From: the human T2T-CHM13v2.0 reference genome, Homo sapiens
NCBI RefSeq assembly: GCF_009914755.1
Contig: NC_060936.1
DNA: 64,000 nucleotides
Direction: 5' to 3' (one strand)
Below the pieces are notes generated by a model. It had not been told where the DNA came from. It saw only the letters and a program-made list of their open reading frames with translations, and made no database searches. This document shows, in pieces, positions 43,297-60,800 of this stretch. A program made the translations under genes and the position numbers. Positions within the stretch are counted from its first letter, which is position 1. Each line of letters starts with the position of its first letter.

Positions 43297-44974
43297 TAGG
43301 CCTGTTTTTATAATTTAGGGTCACAGAATTTCAAACTGGGGTTAGGGGGTGAGTGTAGTAGTTAAACAACTTGAGATTGGAGAACTGCTTTTGCAAAATT
43401 TCCATTTTGGTTATACCCATGAAATTTTTTTTTTGTTACGAAGTCTTGCTCTGTAGCCCAGGCTTGAGTGCAGTGGCAAAATCTCTACTTACTGCAAATT
43501 CCGCCTCCTGGATTCAAGCGATTCTCCTGCCTCAGCTTCCTGAGTATCTGGGACTACAAGCGCCCGCCACCACATTCGAGTATTTTTTTTTTTTGTATTT
43601 TTAGTAGAGATGGGGCTTCACCATATTGGCCAGGCTGGTCGCAAACTCCTGACCTCAAGTGATCTGCCCGCCTTGGCCTCCCAAAGTCCTGGTATTACAG
43701 GCATGAGCCATGACAGTCAGCTATTTTTTTTGGCATATTTTAAGGGACAGAAATTATGCTTTTTAAATGTTGCTTATTGCTTTTCAAGGATTTGATTCTT
43801 ATAAGCTACTTCTTCATTTATTAATGAGATTTAAGAAAGAAATCAGGTTACAAAGTTATGAGCAATTGTCTCTGGAACCCAGAAGTTGGTTTTAACACTA
43901 GAGTTTCTGCTGCAGGGCATTTTTACTGGACTGTGATTCCTAGAAGGCAAGTATAAGCACTGTTTTTTTGTTGTTTGTTTGTTTTAGAAACAAGTTCTTG
44001 CGTCACCCATGATAGAGTGCAGTAATGCAGTCATAGCTCACTGTAACCTCCAATTCGTGGGCTTAAGTGATCCTCCTACCTCATTCTTTTGAGCAGCTGG
44101 GACTCTAGGCATGTACCACCACACCCAGCTACTTTATAAATTTTTTGTAGAAGTGTGGTTTTGCTGTGTTGTCCAGAATAGTCTTGAGCAGTCTTCCCAC
44201 CTCAGCCTCCCAAAATGCTGGGATTGTACAGGTAGGTGTGAGCCACCATGCCTATCCCTGCTGTTTTTTTTTGAGACGGAGTCTCTGTTCAAGCAATTCT
44301 CCTGCCTCAGCCTCCGGAGTAGCTGGGATTACAGGTGTGCACCATCATGCCCAGCTAATTTTTGTATTTTTAGTAGCGATGGGGTTTCACCATGTTGGCC
44401 AGGCTCATCTCGAACTCCTGACCTCAGGTGATCCACCCACCTCAGCCTCCCAATGTGCTGAGATTCCAGGCATGAGCCACCACACCCGGCCTGTCCCTAC
44501 TTTTTTTAATGCCAAGATTTGTGTATTTCATCTTCAGTTGGGATTCATGGCATCTGTCAATAATTGATGTGAACTTAAATGGCAATTTACCTATAAAAAG
44601 ATAACTTACTACTCTTCTTTTAAAAGTCTATATACTTCTGTCATTTGCTGGAAATGAATTATTAGTCTTTATTCAGCAAACATTTATAGACCAAATAGTG
44701 GGTACCAAAATAAGTACTACCCTGCAGCTGCTTGATGATGGTAATAACTAACATGTAAATCTTTAATAAACAGTGTACATTCTTAATCTGTCCATCAACT
44801 CGGTACAGTCAGTATTGTTGTCCGTATTTCACAGATTAAGACACCAGCCTAGAGGCCGAGTGCAGTGGCTCACGCCTGTAATCCCAGCACTTTGGGAGGC
44901 CCAGGCGGGTGGATCACCTTAGGTCAGGAGTTTAGGATAAGCCTGGCCATCATGGTGAAACCCCACCTCTACTA

Positions 44975-45178
<204 letters not shown>

Positions 45179-46217
45179 CTAGAAATAAATGACCACCCCC
45201 CTGGTAAATTACGTAGCTAGTTTTGGTCTCCTTATTTCCAGATTTCATGTTTTATCACCCTGAGCTCCAAAGATGATACAGTATTTACTTTTAAGTGTAT
45301 AAGGAAAAACTGAGTTTGGGCCTCAAACCAGCCCCAGGATTTCTTTATTTACCAATTATGAACTAGCCTCACTCAGTTCAGGAAGTCTCTTAAAATGTCA
45401 GTTATTTGGTTTCATCTTCTTAAAATGTAGAATTGCTTTATGTTATTTAAATATGGGTCCTTTTTTTTAATGAGTTAATTTGTTTGCTTTTCAAGATAAT
45501 TTTGGATTCAAAGTTTTTAAGGTAACCTGGGATGCAAATTTTGCTAACTGGATTAATACAAATTTAAGTTTTTAAAATTCCATTGTTCAACTGTGTTTTA
45601 TCCTGGATAGGATTAAAGCAGTCTTTAAAGGTAATCTGTTGTTGGCTTTAATGTTTTATAGTACAGTCTGGTGACACTTGGCTCACTAGTCCACATTTTT
45701 TGTATATTTGGTATATAGATTTTTTCCTTGGTAGTCACTTGTTTTTAACTTCTTTTTATATTTTACTTCCCAGTCTTAATCTCTGTAACCAATTTGTATA
45801 ATCCCTTATACAGTTAGTCTCTTTATTTGTGGTATTATTTGAAGAGAAGTGTGTTTCCTGAGAGAGGATGTCATGTCCGTGCCCTAATTTTTAGTTACAT
45901 GGCTTTTATTTGCATAAATAGCATGCGAGAAGGTAAAGGAAAATGTGGTTGCATCTTGTCCTGGTTGAGTGCCCACTAGTCTTAATGGATTTTCCCAGTT
46001 GTGCATACTTTAGGAGTAAGGATGTTGTCTTACGTTTATTTTCACTCCTTTTTAAAATGTGTATTGTTTTTGAAAGATAATGACTCCAAAATATCTATAA
46101 TATCAAACAACCATTATGAAGTTAGAGAAATAATATTTAGATTATATTAAATTTTATTACCAGTGCAATTTATTTTTTTATAGTAATTAAGGAATCTAAC
46201 TTTTTTTTGTTTTTTGA

Positions 46218-46322
<105 letters not shown>

Positions 46323-47406
46323 TGAGCACCTGGGATTACAGGCATGCACCACCAAACCCGACTGATTTTTGTATTTTTTAGTATAGACGGGGTTTCACCA
46401 TGTTGGCCAGCTAGTGTCGAATTCCTCACTTCAAGTGATCTGCCTGCCTCGGCCCCGCAAAGTGCTGGGATTACAGACATGAGTCACCACGCCCAACCTA
46501 AGATGCTTTTAAAATTCCATTTATGTTTAATTCTTCAAAGTCTGGTACATGTAACATTATTATAACAAAACATTTTATAATTGAAAGGGACTTTAGGGAT
46601 CTAGTCGAGAAGTCAAAAACTGCTGGACCAGGGTTCAGAGCTCTTATCTCTCAAATTGATTTTGTTGGTTTATACAATATTCATAATTTTTAGAATTCAA
46701 ATGACTTTACCCGTAAAGCATTCACTCCCTACTTGACCACAGTCTATGTTATTACCTAATAAGACCTTAACTGCTTCAAGCGTTTACATGGTTACCTGGC
46801 TGATGTAAGTCATCTGAGTGTTCAGTATTTCCCCTTTCCCTCATTCCATCTTTTTGTAGACAAGGAATCTGGAAACCAAGAATTAAGTGATTTATCTCAA
46901 AATATACGACTTTTTAAATAGAGCTTCTTAAATTCAAAGTTAATGTTACTTTCTACAGCTTGTTGTCTCCTTAGAAAATAGTACAAGGTAATACGTAATC
47001 AAGTCCTAAAGTATTTGGTATAACTTGTCATGAAGGAGAATGATCACTGTGGGCTGAGTTAGTGCAAGAATGCTTCAGAGACATTTCCTTGACACTAACC
47101 TCCTAAGAACTGCATCTTGAGATATGCTGCCCTGATCTGTGTTGTTTTTGCTACACAGCTGAGGAAAAGAGGTACATATCCTCCTCTAAAGAGCTGGCAC
47201 AGGAACTCACCAAAGGGCATTTTGTACATATTGAAAAACAGCACCTCATAAGACCAACTACATTTAGACTTCTCCAGAAATCCCATTTATGCCCCTTTTT
47301 GCAGAGGAAGGGGCTGGATTGACTCCCAAATCCAAATTTAACTTCAGCCACAAACTAATTAGCATGTCACCCCACCAAAGATTTTTTTTTTTTTTTGGGA
47401 GACTGA

Positions 47407-47502
<96 letters not shown>

Positions 47503-49980
47503 TGAGTAGCTGGGATTACAGGCATGCACCACCACAACCGGCTAATTTTTGTATTTTTAGTAGAGATGGGGTTTCACCATGTTGGTCAGGATGGTCTCCA
47601 TCTCCTGACCTCGTGATCCACCCACCTCAGCCTCCCAGAGTGCTGGGATTACAGGCATGAGCCACCATGCCCGGCCCAAAGATGATTTTTTAAATGCTCA
47701 ACAGGACAAAGCCTAATGGTAGTCTTTTGTTAAAAACAAAATTTAATATCAATCCATTGACAGGACTCTTTGTGTACTGAGCTATATAGTAATTTCACCT
47801 TAATAGAAGTTCTTCATAACCACCCCATATAAAACCATCCATTCTTATCTCTTTTTTTTTTCTCCATACTGCTTATCACAGCTGACACTTTATACTGACT
47901 TTGTTTCCCCCTCTATACCCTTTACTCCAGATTATAAATTCTGAGGACAGGGTCTTTCTTTCACTGCTTTATATTCCCACTGCCTAGAATAGTGCCTAAC
48001 ATATATTAGGTACTCATTATATATTTATTGATGTCAAATATTGATTGCTGTATTATAGTAGTGTTAATGGAAGGTGTCATTTCTTAGATTTTCTTTTCTG
48101 ACCAGCACAGTTCTTGGGTTGATGGAGTATGTCCTCAATAAATCTCAGCATCAAATAAACAAGAATTTTCTTTTTAATACATAAATTTGTCATTTTGTTA
48201 CGCTTTTTAGTTTCCTCAGTGATTTTTTAGAATAATTCTTGTTCATAATTTGGATCAGTAATATCTACAGTTGAATCTTAGGAAGAATGTTATAGGCAAT
48301 CCAGAATGTTGGATAATTAAATCAGTTATTTGCATTTTGATGTGTAATATAGTGAACACATTTAGACAAAAAAAAAGCTACCCCATAAGACCAGTTTTTA
48401 TTTTCTTTGATTCATGTCTTCAGGATTTTCTGTTAACTCAGAATTATTATAGCATTCATTATTGTTTTGTGAAAATACTAGTTAATAATCTCCGGTTAAT
48501 GAAATAATTATCTTAGATAAATTTACTGAACTTAATGTAGAATATGTTTTTTGTTTCGTTTTGTTTTTGAGACAGGGTCTCACTTGTCACCCAGGCTGGA
48601 GTGCAGTGGCACAAACATGGGTCACTGCAGCCTCGACTCCTGGGCTCGAGTGATGCTCCCACCTCAGCCTCTCAAGTAGCTGGGACTACAGGTGTGTGCC
48701 ACTACACTTGGCTAATTTTCATATTTTTTGTAGAGACGGGGTTTCACCATGTTGCCCGGGCTGGTCTTGAACTCCTCCTGAGTTAAAGCAGTCTGCTTGT
48801 CTCTGTCTGCCAGAGTGCTGGCATTATAGGCATGAGCCACCACCCCCTTCTTCCACTTTCATTTCAAACAGTTATGAAGCAGCCACTGAAACCGGACTCT
48901 CGACAATGCCAAAGGAGGTTTTGTTTTCTTGTCTTTCCATGTCTTTGCTGTGGTTTGCTCTGAAACTAGAATTAAACAGCTTTTTAAATTGATAAAAAAG
49001 AACCAATGCAAATAAAACTACGGTCTGTAGAGTAAATGGAAAAAGTTGTAGAAGTAATAATAAACTACTTTTAAACAAATGAGTAAGGTAGTAGATATTT
49101 TGCAAGAAGTAAATAGCCAAGTGTAAAAGCTGTCAGTTACTTTCATCAATCAGGTTAGTTGCAGTCACGCAAATTTTAGGTGATTATATAAGGAACTCAA
49201 ATTAGGAATCTTTAAATGTAAATGACCTAATACTAAAAACTACCCAAAAAATATATTCAAAGATAAATAGAAGAAATACTTATGCATTTGAAAAAATCGA
49301 TGCATTCCACAGTTCCTCTGAATCAAAGGTAAAAAAAAAAAACAGTGTAGAAAATACTTTGAACAGTAGTGGAATTTTTAGTATTTTGATAGCTTTCTTT
49401 AGAAATTTAATTGATTTTCTTCATCTGTAATCTTAGATTGTGTTGGAGAGGCAGTGTGAATCATGCATAAAGTTTATAATTGTGTATGTGCCTACATGAT
49501 GTAGAAATTGCACCTTTTGGCTGATGAAGTATCGTATAGTTGCACTGTTGATAACATTAAGTTCATTTCGCATATATGCTACAGTCTTTTCTGTTTAACG
49601 CGTTGAGTAAAATGAAGATCCAGGAGTCCCTCATTAGTTGGTATAATTGGTTAATTCATAGACTAAAGATGAATACAAATGTACTACATTTGCAGATTAA
49701 CTCATACATAGGCATATTATTGTTAACTAGCAATTCTTAACTGTACAGATAGTTTCAAACTGCATCCAGTTTTTACAAATAAATGCTCTTGTTTATAAGG
49801 AATACCATAAAGAGAGCACATGTAAATGAAGAAAATCTTGTCACTTATACTGGAAATTCAAGCGAGAATGATATTAAAAAAAAAGTTGTTAAAGGCAACA
49901 CAAGAAGTTAAATGAAACTGAGTTAGCAATGAGAGATATTGGCTAATTTACTGTGCCTAAAATTATGGTGCTATTGGTCT

Positions 49981-50580
49981 ACTGTATAATTATTATTTTT
50001 AATGTCCAGAATGTGTAATACAAGGGCCAGAACTTCCTCCTGGACTCAATTTTATAAATTCTCGATTAGTTGGTGAGGCCAATAAGGATACTTTTTCTCG
50101 TCTAATTTGGTTTCTGGGAAAGCTTCGTTCAAGTCCTCAGTGGTCATCTGATCAAATGGAATTAAGTTCTTCATCTTCTCCATCTGTTTCTCATATTCTA
50201 CAATCCTGGCCTTTGAGAGAGACACCCACTCAGCACAAGATTTCACATCTTTTTCTTCGGCATCCACCTGCGCAGTATATTTATCCTCTGGCACGGGAAC
50301 CTTCAGGGCATTAAACTTCTTAAAGTCATCCACCAAACCGGCCTTGGCCACGTTGGCCTTGTAGTAAGCCCAGTCGATAACCGGTGGATTCTCAGGTAAA
50401 GCAGCCAACCTGGAGGTGAGGGTCTCATTCCAGGATTTCAGGAAACTAGCAATGGCCTTTTGGTTCTGGGGTATGATCTCTGCAAAAGCTACTCAGTCAG
50501 TGGTTTTTAGAGCAAGTTTTCGCCCAGCCATGTTGGGATTCTTCACCGACCCTGGCTGCCCACGGTCCACTGCAGCCGCC
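49981..50580 (-). pseudogene. ATP5PD (ATP5H, ATP synthase subunit d) processed pseudogene
   Basis: ATG at 50531 gives [24 protein letters not shown]...[13 protein letters not shown], with a premature TGA at codon 13 (50493-95). Intronless, with 5'UTR and 3'UTR (ATTAAA at 49998-50003). It spans 159 codons versus 161 in the parent as recalled (two single-codon deletions). Confidence 0.95.
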
Positions 50581-52015
50581 TTTAACTTCTTGAAGGTTGT
50601 TCATCTTAAAATTTCTTTCAGAGTTTTTCTGTTGATTATAGTTTTTGTTTTTCTTCCAAAATCTCTTCACTTTAAATGGTAGTACATGGCAGTAATACCT
50701 TCTAATAGTCAGAACTCTTAATAATTTATAATATCAGGTATTCTAGTATTACTTCCTATCCTCTTTTTGACTTAATCCTTATTTTCTACTGATGTACAAG
50801 TAGTTAAAAATGAGCAAGCTTCTCAGAATGTAATCATTTACTTGTGGCACACCAGTTAAAGTACTAACTTAAGTCCTTTGCTACCATATTTATCTTTTCA
50901 TTCTAGATAAATTTTTTGCTTGCTAATTGTAAATATTGCATTGATATAAGATAGGTATTTAAAATGTCAGTATTTACATTGAGTATTTCTTTTTCTATAA
51001 AGCACTTAAAATATATTTAATGTTGTAATTTTCAGTAGTTAAGCATCTCTTAGTCCTTTTTGAGAAGTGTTTTCTGAGAAGTAATTAAGACTTAAAGAAT
51101 AGAATTAAACTTTAATTGATTCTTTTATGCTTACCTGTTTGTTTCTTTAAAAAGGTACCCTCACCATTAGTTTATTAATCCAGTACTTTTCCAACATCAA
51201 TATTTTATAGTTACTCTATGAGTTGAGTGGCTAAACTTGGTATTTTTGAGTTTTCTAAAGTCTACTTCTTAAAAATGCCAGTAATTATCAGCATTCTTAT
51301 AATAATATTGGGGTAGTTATAGAACAACTTCACAATTCCTCTGTTAACTTCAGTTTTTGTTTCATTTGTTTTATAATTTTTTCTATTTATTAACAATAGA
51401 ACTGTCAGGAAAAAAAATAAGCAAAAGGAAAAGAAAATTCCCTATCCCCCCACCTTGTCATGTATTTTTTTTCTTTTTTTTATTCCAGGGAATTGAAATT
51501 CATTTTCTATTATAATCTCAAGATTTTTTCCGTACTCTTGAGGTAATGTAATAATGAGATTCCTCCTAGGCTGTCAAAATTACAGTCTGCATAACTTGAG
51601 GTACAATAGATTTCATTAAGACTTCTGTGATTAATATTAGCGGTCAGAGACAATGCCAATATTACAGGATTTTTGTTTAGTAATGTGTTTTTTAAATACT
51701 TAAAAGAGGGCTATTTCCCAGTCATTATCTCTGAACATTTTTAAATGATTCAAAATACTGATGTATGCACAGGTTTTTGCTTTTTTATATTGACATGGAG
51801 GGTTCTTACATGTTTTTGAGCTAGTAGATTAAAGAGTGGAACAGTGGGCCGGGCACGGTGGCTCACGCCTGTAATCCCAGCACTTTGGGAGGCCAAGGCG
51901 GGCGGATCAGGAGATTGAGACCAATCTGGCTAACGCGGTGAAACCCCGTCTCTACTAAAAAAATACAAAAAATTAGCTGGGCGTGATGGTGGGCACCTGT
52001 AGTCCCAGCTACTCA

Positions 52016-52404
<389 letters not shown>

Positions 52405-53741
52405 TAGTAGAGGCTTTGCCATGTTGGCCAGGCTGGTCTTGAACTTCTGACCAGCCTGGTCCAGCTGGTCCAGTGATCCAACCGCCTCGGCCTCCCAAAG
52501 TGCTGGGATTACAGGCGTGAGCCACCACGCCTGGCCTGAAATTTATCTTTTGTTGACGAGTATGTGCAAGGTGTTGTGTCAGTGACTCTGAAGAATTACT
52601 ACATTTCTTTCCTTATTCTTTCTTTAATTTATTGATCACATATTTCAGGCACAGTTTCAGGTTCTGGGAATATGGCAGTGAGTAAAACAAAAAAAATCCC
52701 TATCCTCATGGAGTTTACATTCTTTGTAATCCATCTCACAACCTTATCATGTAGCTGTTACTATCTTAATTTTACCTGGAAGGAAAGTGAGGCTCTGAAA
52801 GGTTTCGTGACTTGCCCAAGATTATAGAAAACCACAATTTGAAACTTAGGTACCATTAGCCACTATGCTGTGCTGTCAAAATTGTCCCCCCATGGGGTTC
52901 TGTGAAAGAGAACAATTAGTCTCAATGTCTCAAATAGTAGTTGTCACAAATGTCTTTGAAAATCTGATGTAACTATTCCCATTTTTAATTGTGCATGAAA
53001 TTTTAGGGAATTGACATATTTCAAAGTGCTCATTCTTAACCTGAGCTAAGGACTTCAGGAAAAGAACACTTGAACAGAAAGGTTATGCCTAAAGATCACA
53101 AATACGCTATACAAATAACAGGTGCTACAGCTCTTTCCCAGTCCCTACCAGCACCACAAGCCAATTATGTTGCTTATTGAACAGAGTTGTCTTTTCTGCA
53201 AAACTAGATGCAACCACACCATCCTAAAAACAGGATAATGGCTGTTGCCAGTCAGTCAGAGTTGGCATTCGCAATAAAAATCTGTTTTTCAGTCTTTTCA
53301 AGGCTGGTGTAGTAGAAAGCACAGATTTGAAAAATACTGATTCAAATCTTGACTATTGTACTGTTGGGTTTTTTTTGTTTTGTTTTGCTGTTTAAGGTAA
53401 CAGAAATACCCTGATAATATCCCCAAACTGGAAATCAGCTGGTGTGAATGGGTAAAGAAAATATCATGTATTCATGTGGTATATTTTAATCAACAGTAAT
53501 AAATAAAAGGAGCAAGTTACTGATAGATACAATAATATGGATGAACCTGACTCATTCTAGCAACAAATAATAATGCTCATTCATGGATAAATGAAGCAGC
53601 TGGGAAAAAGAGTCCCAGTCACCTCACTAAGAAGTGTAGCTCCCACAGCCAACTCAGCCACCTTTGTGAAATAAGAAAGGCATACGTCTCTTAGAAAAAT
53701 CACCTCTGATAAATGTATAGTTTTTATATTCAGTATTTTAA

Positions 53742-54062
<321 letters not shown>

Positions 54063-54600
54063 TGATCCGCCTGCCTCAGCCTCCCAAAGTGCTAGGATTA
54101 CAGGTGTGGGCCACTGCGCCCGGCCCACTACAACTAGTTTTTAGAACACTTCCATCACCCCCAAAAGGTTTCCTGTGACTATATGTAGTCAGTCCCACTC
54201 TCACTCCCAGTGGAGGAAGGGTGGAGAATTGGATGCTCATATTTCCTTTGGAGCAGCAATAATGAACAGATTTGGGGTTATTGTACTTCCATTTGTTAGT
54301 GAACATGCAACATCAGTTCCTCCTGTGGCTCTGTTTGTACAAGTAGCCTCATCTGTGGGCTTGCATTTCTTCGAAAACAAAGACCTTTTTATTTAGTTTT
54401 TTCTAGTTTGTTTGTAAGACTCTGAAAATCTCAACCATTGTAGATTTTTTCGGATTACCAATTTTCCATTTTAGGTTTCCTATTTCAGACCTGAACCCAT
54501 ATACAAAAAGAAAGGCCATCTCTTTACTTTAACTGTTGGGTCTTTGCCAGAATACTTTTGAAAATTTCCTTAAATCAATTTTTATTTTGTATCCTATTGA

Positions 54601-55060
<460 letters not shown>

Positions 55061-56257
55061 TGATTACCTAAGCTATCCTGGTCAGATACACTGCTCTTTT
55101 TTTCCCTTTTTTTTTTTTTTAATTTCCCCAACCTTGCTAGACTGCTGGTCTTACAGGATTTTGGGGAATTAGGAAGTTCCATGGTTGGCAAACTTTCAAA
55201 GACAGGAGCAGGTTAATGTTAGCTATAGAAGCACTGTCACTCAAGTGAAGACAGTTGTTGATTGGTTGGCTTTGGGATGTGTCTGTTTAACAGGCCATTT
55301 TTGATTGCCTGAGTTTCAGAAGTAAGGAACCCTCATTAGTTGGTTAGTTTGTAGAAGCATATCCTCTGAGGCAAATTGTTATTAGTTGATTAAAATCATT
55401 TAAATCAGTTATAGTAGCTTTGTTAACCATGACCCAAAAAACTGTCATTTCTTGATCAGAAGTTTTAAAATCTGTTCTGGTTGCTACCTTTGTACCACTT
55501 TACTGACTCTTTAGTTTTTTTCTAGGAATGTAGGAGCCTTTTATTCTCATGTAATGCCCCCACCCTGGAATCCTTGAAGACCTTCTGTCTATTGTTCATA
55601 TACTGAAATTTTATAATGATAAGCCTTGGTATGGATTGTTTCTTTCTGGATATATTTTGTTTTTATTTCTACTATTTCATCATACTAAACATTCTAAGTA
55701 GACGTTTTCAGTCTGGGAACTCATATTCTTCAGTTCTGCCTCTGATTCAAGACCATTTTCAGGTTGTCTGTACGTTCCCCACTTTAGGAATAAATATTTG
55801 GTCTTCTGCTTCCTCTACCAACATATTATATTTACCATTTATGTATGCCAGGGCTTGGCCAGATACGTAAATATTTAGGCTCTGTTGTAACTACTTTGCT
55901 GTTACAGCACAGAAGAAACCACAGACAATACACAAATGAGTGGATATGGCTGTGTTTGAGTAAAACTTGATGTAACAAAACAGGTGATAGGTTGGATTTC
56001 TTTTCAGACCTGTGCTCTATCCTGGATCGGGCTCAAAGTCATGTCTGTAATTCTGTAGTTTTCTTCTACCTCTGAGCATCTTTTAATAAGTCTGCTTATA
56101 GGGTGCTCCATACTAGGGTTGTATAGTAATCATTTTAAATAAATCTATTTTCCTGAATGTTTTATTTCTGTGAAAAGCACAGGAATACACAACTTTACTT
56201 AGAATTCTTTTTTTTTTTTTCCTTTAATAAGGTACTAGGTTTTGACAAGCTTGCATC

Positions 56258-56314
56258 ATGCGTGAGTATAAGCTAGTCGTTCTTGGCTCAGGAGGCGTTG
56301 GAAAGTCTGCTTTG
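56258..56314 (+). CDS. RAP1B: RAP1B coding exon 1 (exon 2 = 56232-56314 including 26 nt of 5'UTR); P-loop G1 GSGGVGKS
   Basis: Poly-T tract + aag| acceptor at 56230-31, atcATGc, 57 coding nt, ttg|gtaagt donor. Confidence 0.98.
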
Positions 56315-57344
56315 GTAAGTCATTCTTACTTTACCTAAGCCTTTCACTCCAAGACGTTCTTTTTCTGTTGAGTTTTAGGTTTTGATGATTTGTCTTTGTT
56401 AAGATAAAATTCCTTAATGACTTTAGAAGCAATATAATATTTTTCTTGTAATTTTATTCAACTTTTAATTATATCTGGGTGGATCATATTCTCTCTGGAA
56501 CATTGACTCCAGAATGACACGAGTTATGCTGGAATACAATTTGAGCTAAGCACAGAGATTGAGAGCGTACAAATACATGTCTTTTTGCATTCGCATTTCA
56601 GAGCCAGATAGGAATAAATTTTGGTCTTTTTATTTATTTATTTTTTTGAAACAGGGTCTCACTCTGTTGCCCAGGCTAGGGCTCAAGTGATCTCAGCCTC
56701 CTGAATGCTTGGGACTACAGGCACGTGCCACCATGCCAGGCTAATTTTTAAAATTTTTTGTAGAGATGGCGTCTTGCTATATTGCTTAGGCTGGTCTTAA
56801 ACTCCTGGCCTCAAGTAATCCACCTTTGCCTCCCAAAGTGCTGGAATTACAGGCATAAATCACCATGCCTGGCTTGCTCTTTCTTCTTATGAATAGTCTT
56901 ACCCTGTACATTTTATGTTAGAAAATATCAAAGCTTATAAAAAGTCTTCAAATATTACCTTTGACTGTCCAGCTTTACATTTTTTAACGGCACGTTTTCT
57001 GCATCAAGGAATGGTATAGCAAGAATGAAGACATAACTGGGTAATGAGGGTTGGGAAAGAGGAAAAACGTAGGGAAAATAATTTGATGAATAGTTCAGAG
57101 CTTAGCAAAGCCTCACAAGCAAATAGATTGACCTTCTGTCTCACTCATAAGATAAACCATCTTGGCCACTTAGAAAGGCCACCTAGCTGAGAAGTGTCAT
57201 GCTTGGAACAAACTGAGAAGTACATACAATGTGAAATGAACTGCTTTTTCATTTGTATCCAAAGTGATGGGGAGGTCAGTTGATCCTGCATGTATGTGTG
57301 TATACATAACAATTAGTCAATTTCTAATTTAAAAATCAAATTTA

Positions 57345-57680
<336 letters not shown>

Positions 57681-57920
57681 TTAAAATTTTTTAATATATG
57701 ATCTCTAAATTTAGAATTACCCAATAAGGAGCATAGTGATTATTTATTTAAAAATAAACAGCTTCCTGAGGTAATTTTCTTACCAAATGTACACATTCGA
57801 ATGTAGTATTGGCTGTGGTTTTTTTTTTCATTGATGGTGTAACTCCCTGTGTGAACTCAGTTTACAATTACATTAAAGATTGAATGTACTCTTTTCTTTA
57901 GAAGTATAATGGTTTCTTAA

Positions 57921-58043
<123 letters not shown>

Positions 58044-58399
58044 TAAATACTTATTTTAGCTTTATAATTATTGAATGTTTTATACAAAGGATGGAGGCAG
58101 AGTTAATTTATAAAATTAGTGGGAAAAGTTTACACTTTCTGGCATTGCATAGTTACCAGTTTAAGAGGATCATAAACACCCATACTCTCACATATTCACA
58201 GAATTTTTTGTAATTTGACACATAAACTTTAAAGCAGACCATCCATTTCAAGTAGTAGCCCCATGTTACTTTCAGTCCCCTACCTAGCAAGACTGATTAC
58301 TCTCAAGCTCCCTTCTTTTTAACCTAGAAATAGGTGGACACAGGTCTTCCTAAGCTTTCTACTTACTAACCTCTTGAGAAAGTGCCACCACTCACAATA

Positions 58400-58742
58400 C
58401 TGGTTGAATATCCCTTATCTGAAATAACTGGGACCAGAAGTATTTCAGATTTCAGATTATTTTCTGATTTTAGAATATTTGTATATACATAATGAAATAG
58501 AATGGGACCCACATCTAAACAATTCATGGTTTCATATACACCTCATACACATAATCTTACATAATATTTTTAATATTCTTATGCATGATACAAAGTTTTG
58601 GCTGCATTTTGACTGTGACTGGTCACATGAGCTCATGTGTGGAATTTTCCACTTGTAGCGTGATGTTCCACACATGGCTCAAAAACTTTTGGATTTGGAA
58701 CATTGCAAGTTTTGGATTTTTAGATTAGGGATGCTCAGCCTA
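58400..58742. mobile_element. Tigger4b-like (TcMar) MITE
   Basis: Inverted termini ctggttgaatatcccttatctgaaa ... ttagattagggatgctcagcct, TA-flanked. Confidence 0.75.
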
Positions 58743-59527
58743 TAGAAAGGTGAATTCCTGTGTCCACTAACAGCATGTGACAATAAAACAATGTGTAGAC
58801 ATTTTTAACTTAGTAGGGAAAGAGGTATTTCCCAACCTCTATGAAGCAGCCAACCTGGCCCCGCTGTTGCACAAATACTGTGTTTCCATTCCTCCCTCCA
58901 TGTGCATAGTCTACCAAAAAAAAAACTGGAAACTTTTGCACCCCAGCTGTGAGACAGTATTACTCTTTTCTTTCTACATCTAATTCTAAATACCTATTTT
59001 TCCCTAGGAAATATTAGATGGAAAGGGGTAACAGGGATATATGTGTAATTTATTTAATAGCTGTGCCACTGCTTCCTTAATTCCAGAAATCTTGTTCCAG
59101 TATGGTGAGGGCATATAGTTACCTAGAGAAATGAGGTATATCTAAAGTATCATGGGAGAATTTAGACAGAATTACTTATGATACTGTTGGAACTGTTGCT
59201 GGTTTTGTTTGTTTATTTGAGCTATTTCGAAACTATTTTTTTCTCTAGAATTAAGTGCTGAGAATCCATATTGAGACTGGTTCGTGTAGGTTTCCCTGTG
59301 TTGACTTGAGAACACATGGCTTTTGAACTTGATTACAATTTGGGGGTCTTTGAATCTTGATTACTTAGCTATTTTTCCTCCTGCTTTGTTGAAGTATTGC
59401 TGGATATTAGTTTGTAAAGTTGTTAAAATCTGTGTGTCTTATTTTTGATACATTAGCTTTTTTGTGTATATTAAGGTAGTTTTATGTACATTGAAAAAAT
59501 GAACATGTATTTTAATTTTTCTACCAG

Positions 59528-59584
59528 CAAGTTGAAGTAGATGCACAACAGTGTATGCTTGAAATCTTGGATACTGCAGGAACG
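59528..59584 (+). CDS. RAP1B: RAP1B exon 4; G3 DTAGT (Rap-specific Thr61)
   Basis: ctaccag| ... acg|gtaggt; 57 nt, phase 0. Confidence 0.98.
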
Positions 59585-59759
59585 GTAGGTAAAACTAAAT
59601 ACCAAAGTATATACACCGTTTGTACAGTATTGACTTCATAAATGCTAGTACTCTATAGACAAATATTAGTTAAGCTTATTTAAAAGTACTGCTTGCAGCC
59701 GGTTGTAGTGGCTCACACCTCTATTCCCAGCACTTCGGGAGGTCAAGGTTGCTGGATCA

Positions 59760-60217
<458 letters not shown>

Positions 60218-60534
60218 TTACACACCTGTAATCCCAGTTACTTGGGAGGCTGAGGCAGGAGAATAGCTTGAACCCGGGAGGCGGAGGAAGTATATTGCAC
60301 TTTTTGTAATTGCAGTGGGTCAGTTATTGAAAAGTTTAGAAAATGTGTTAGAAGAAAAATTTTCAGTCTCACTAGTACTTTTAAAACAATATATTACCAT
60401 ATTTCAAATAATACAGGCATACATTCATTCATCAGCAGCTGTGTGAAATATTTTGATTGAGCTGGGTATGATGGCTCATGCCTTGTAATCCCAGCACTTT
60501 GGGAGGTCAAAGGGGGGTGGATCACCTGAGGTCA

Positions 60535-60800
<266 letters not shown>

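Noticed and set aside
50052-50408. 118-aa ATP synthase d ORF as a functional gene
   Set aside because: It starts at TTG (Leu) downstream of the codon-13 stop. The copy is intronless with codon deletions, i.e. a pseudogene.
56232-56257. N-terminally extended RAP1B from an upstream start
   Set aside because: There is an in-frame TGA 15 nt upstream of the ATG (56243-45).
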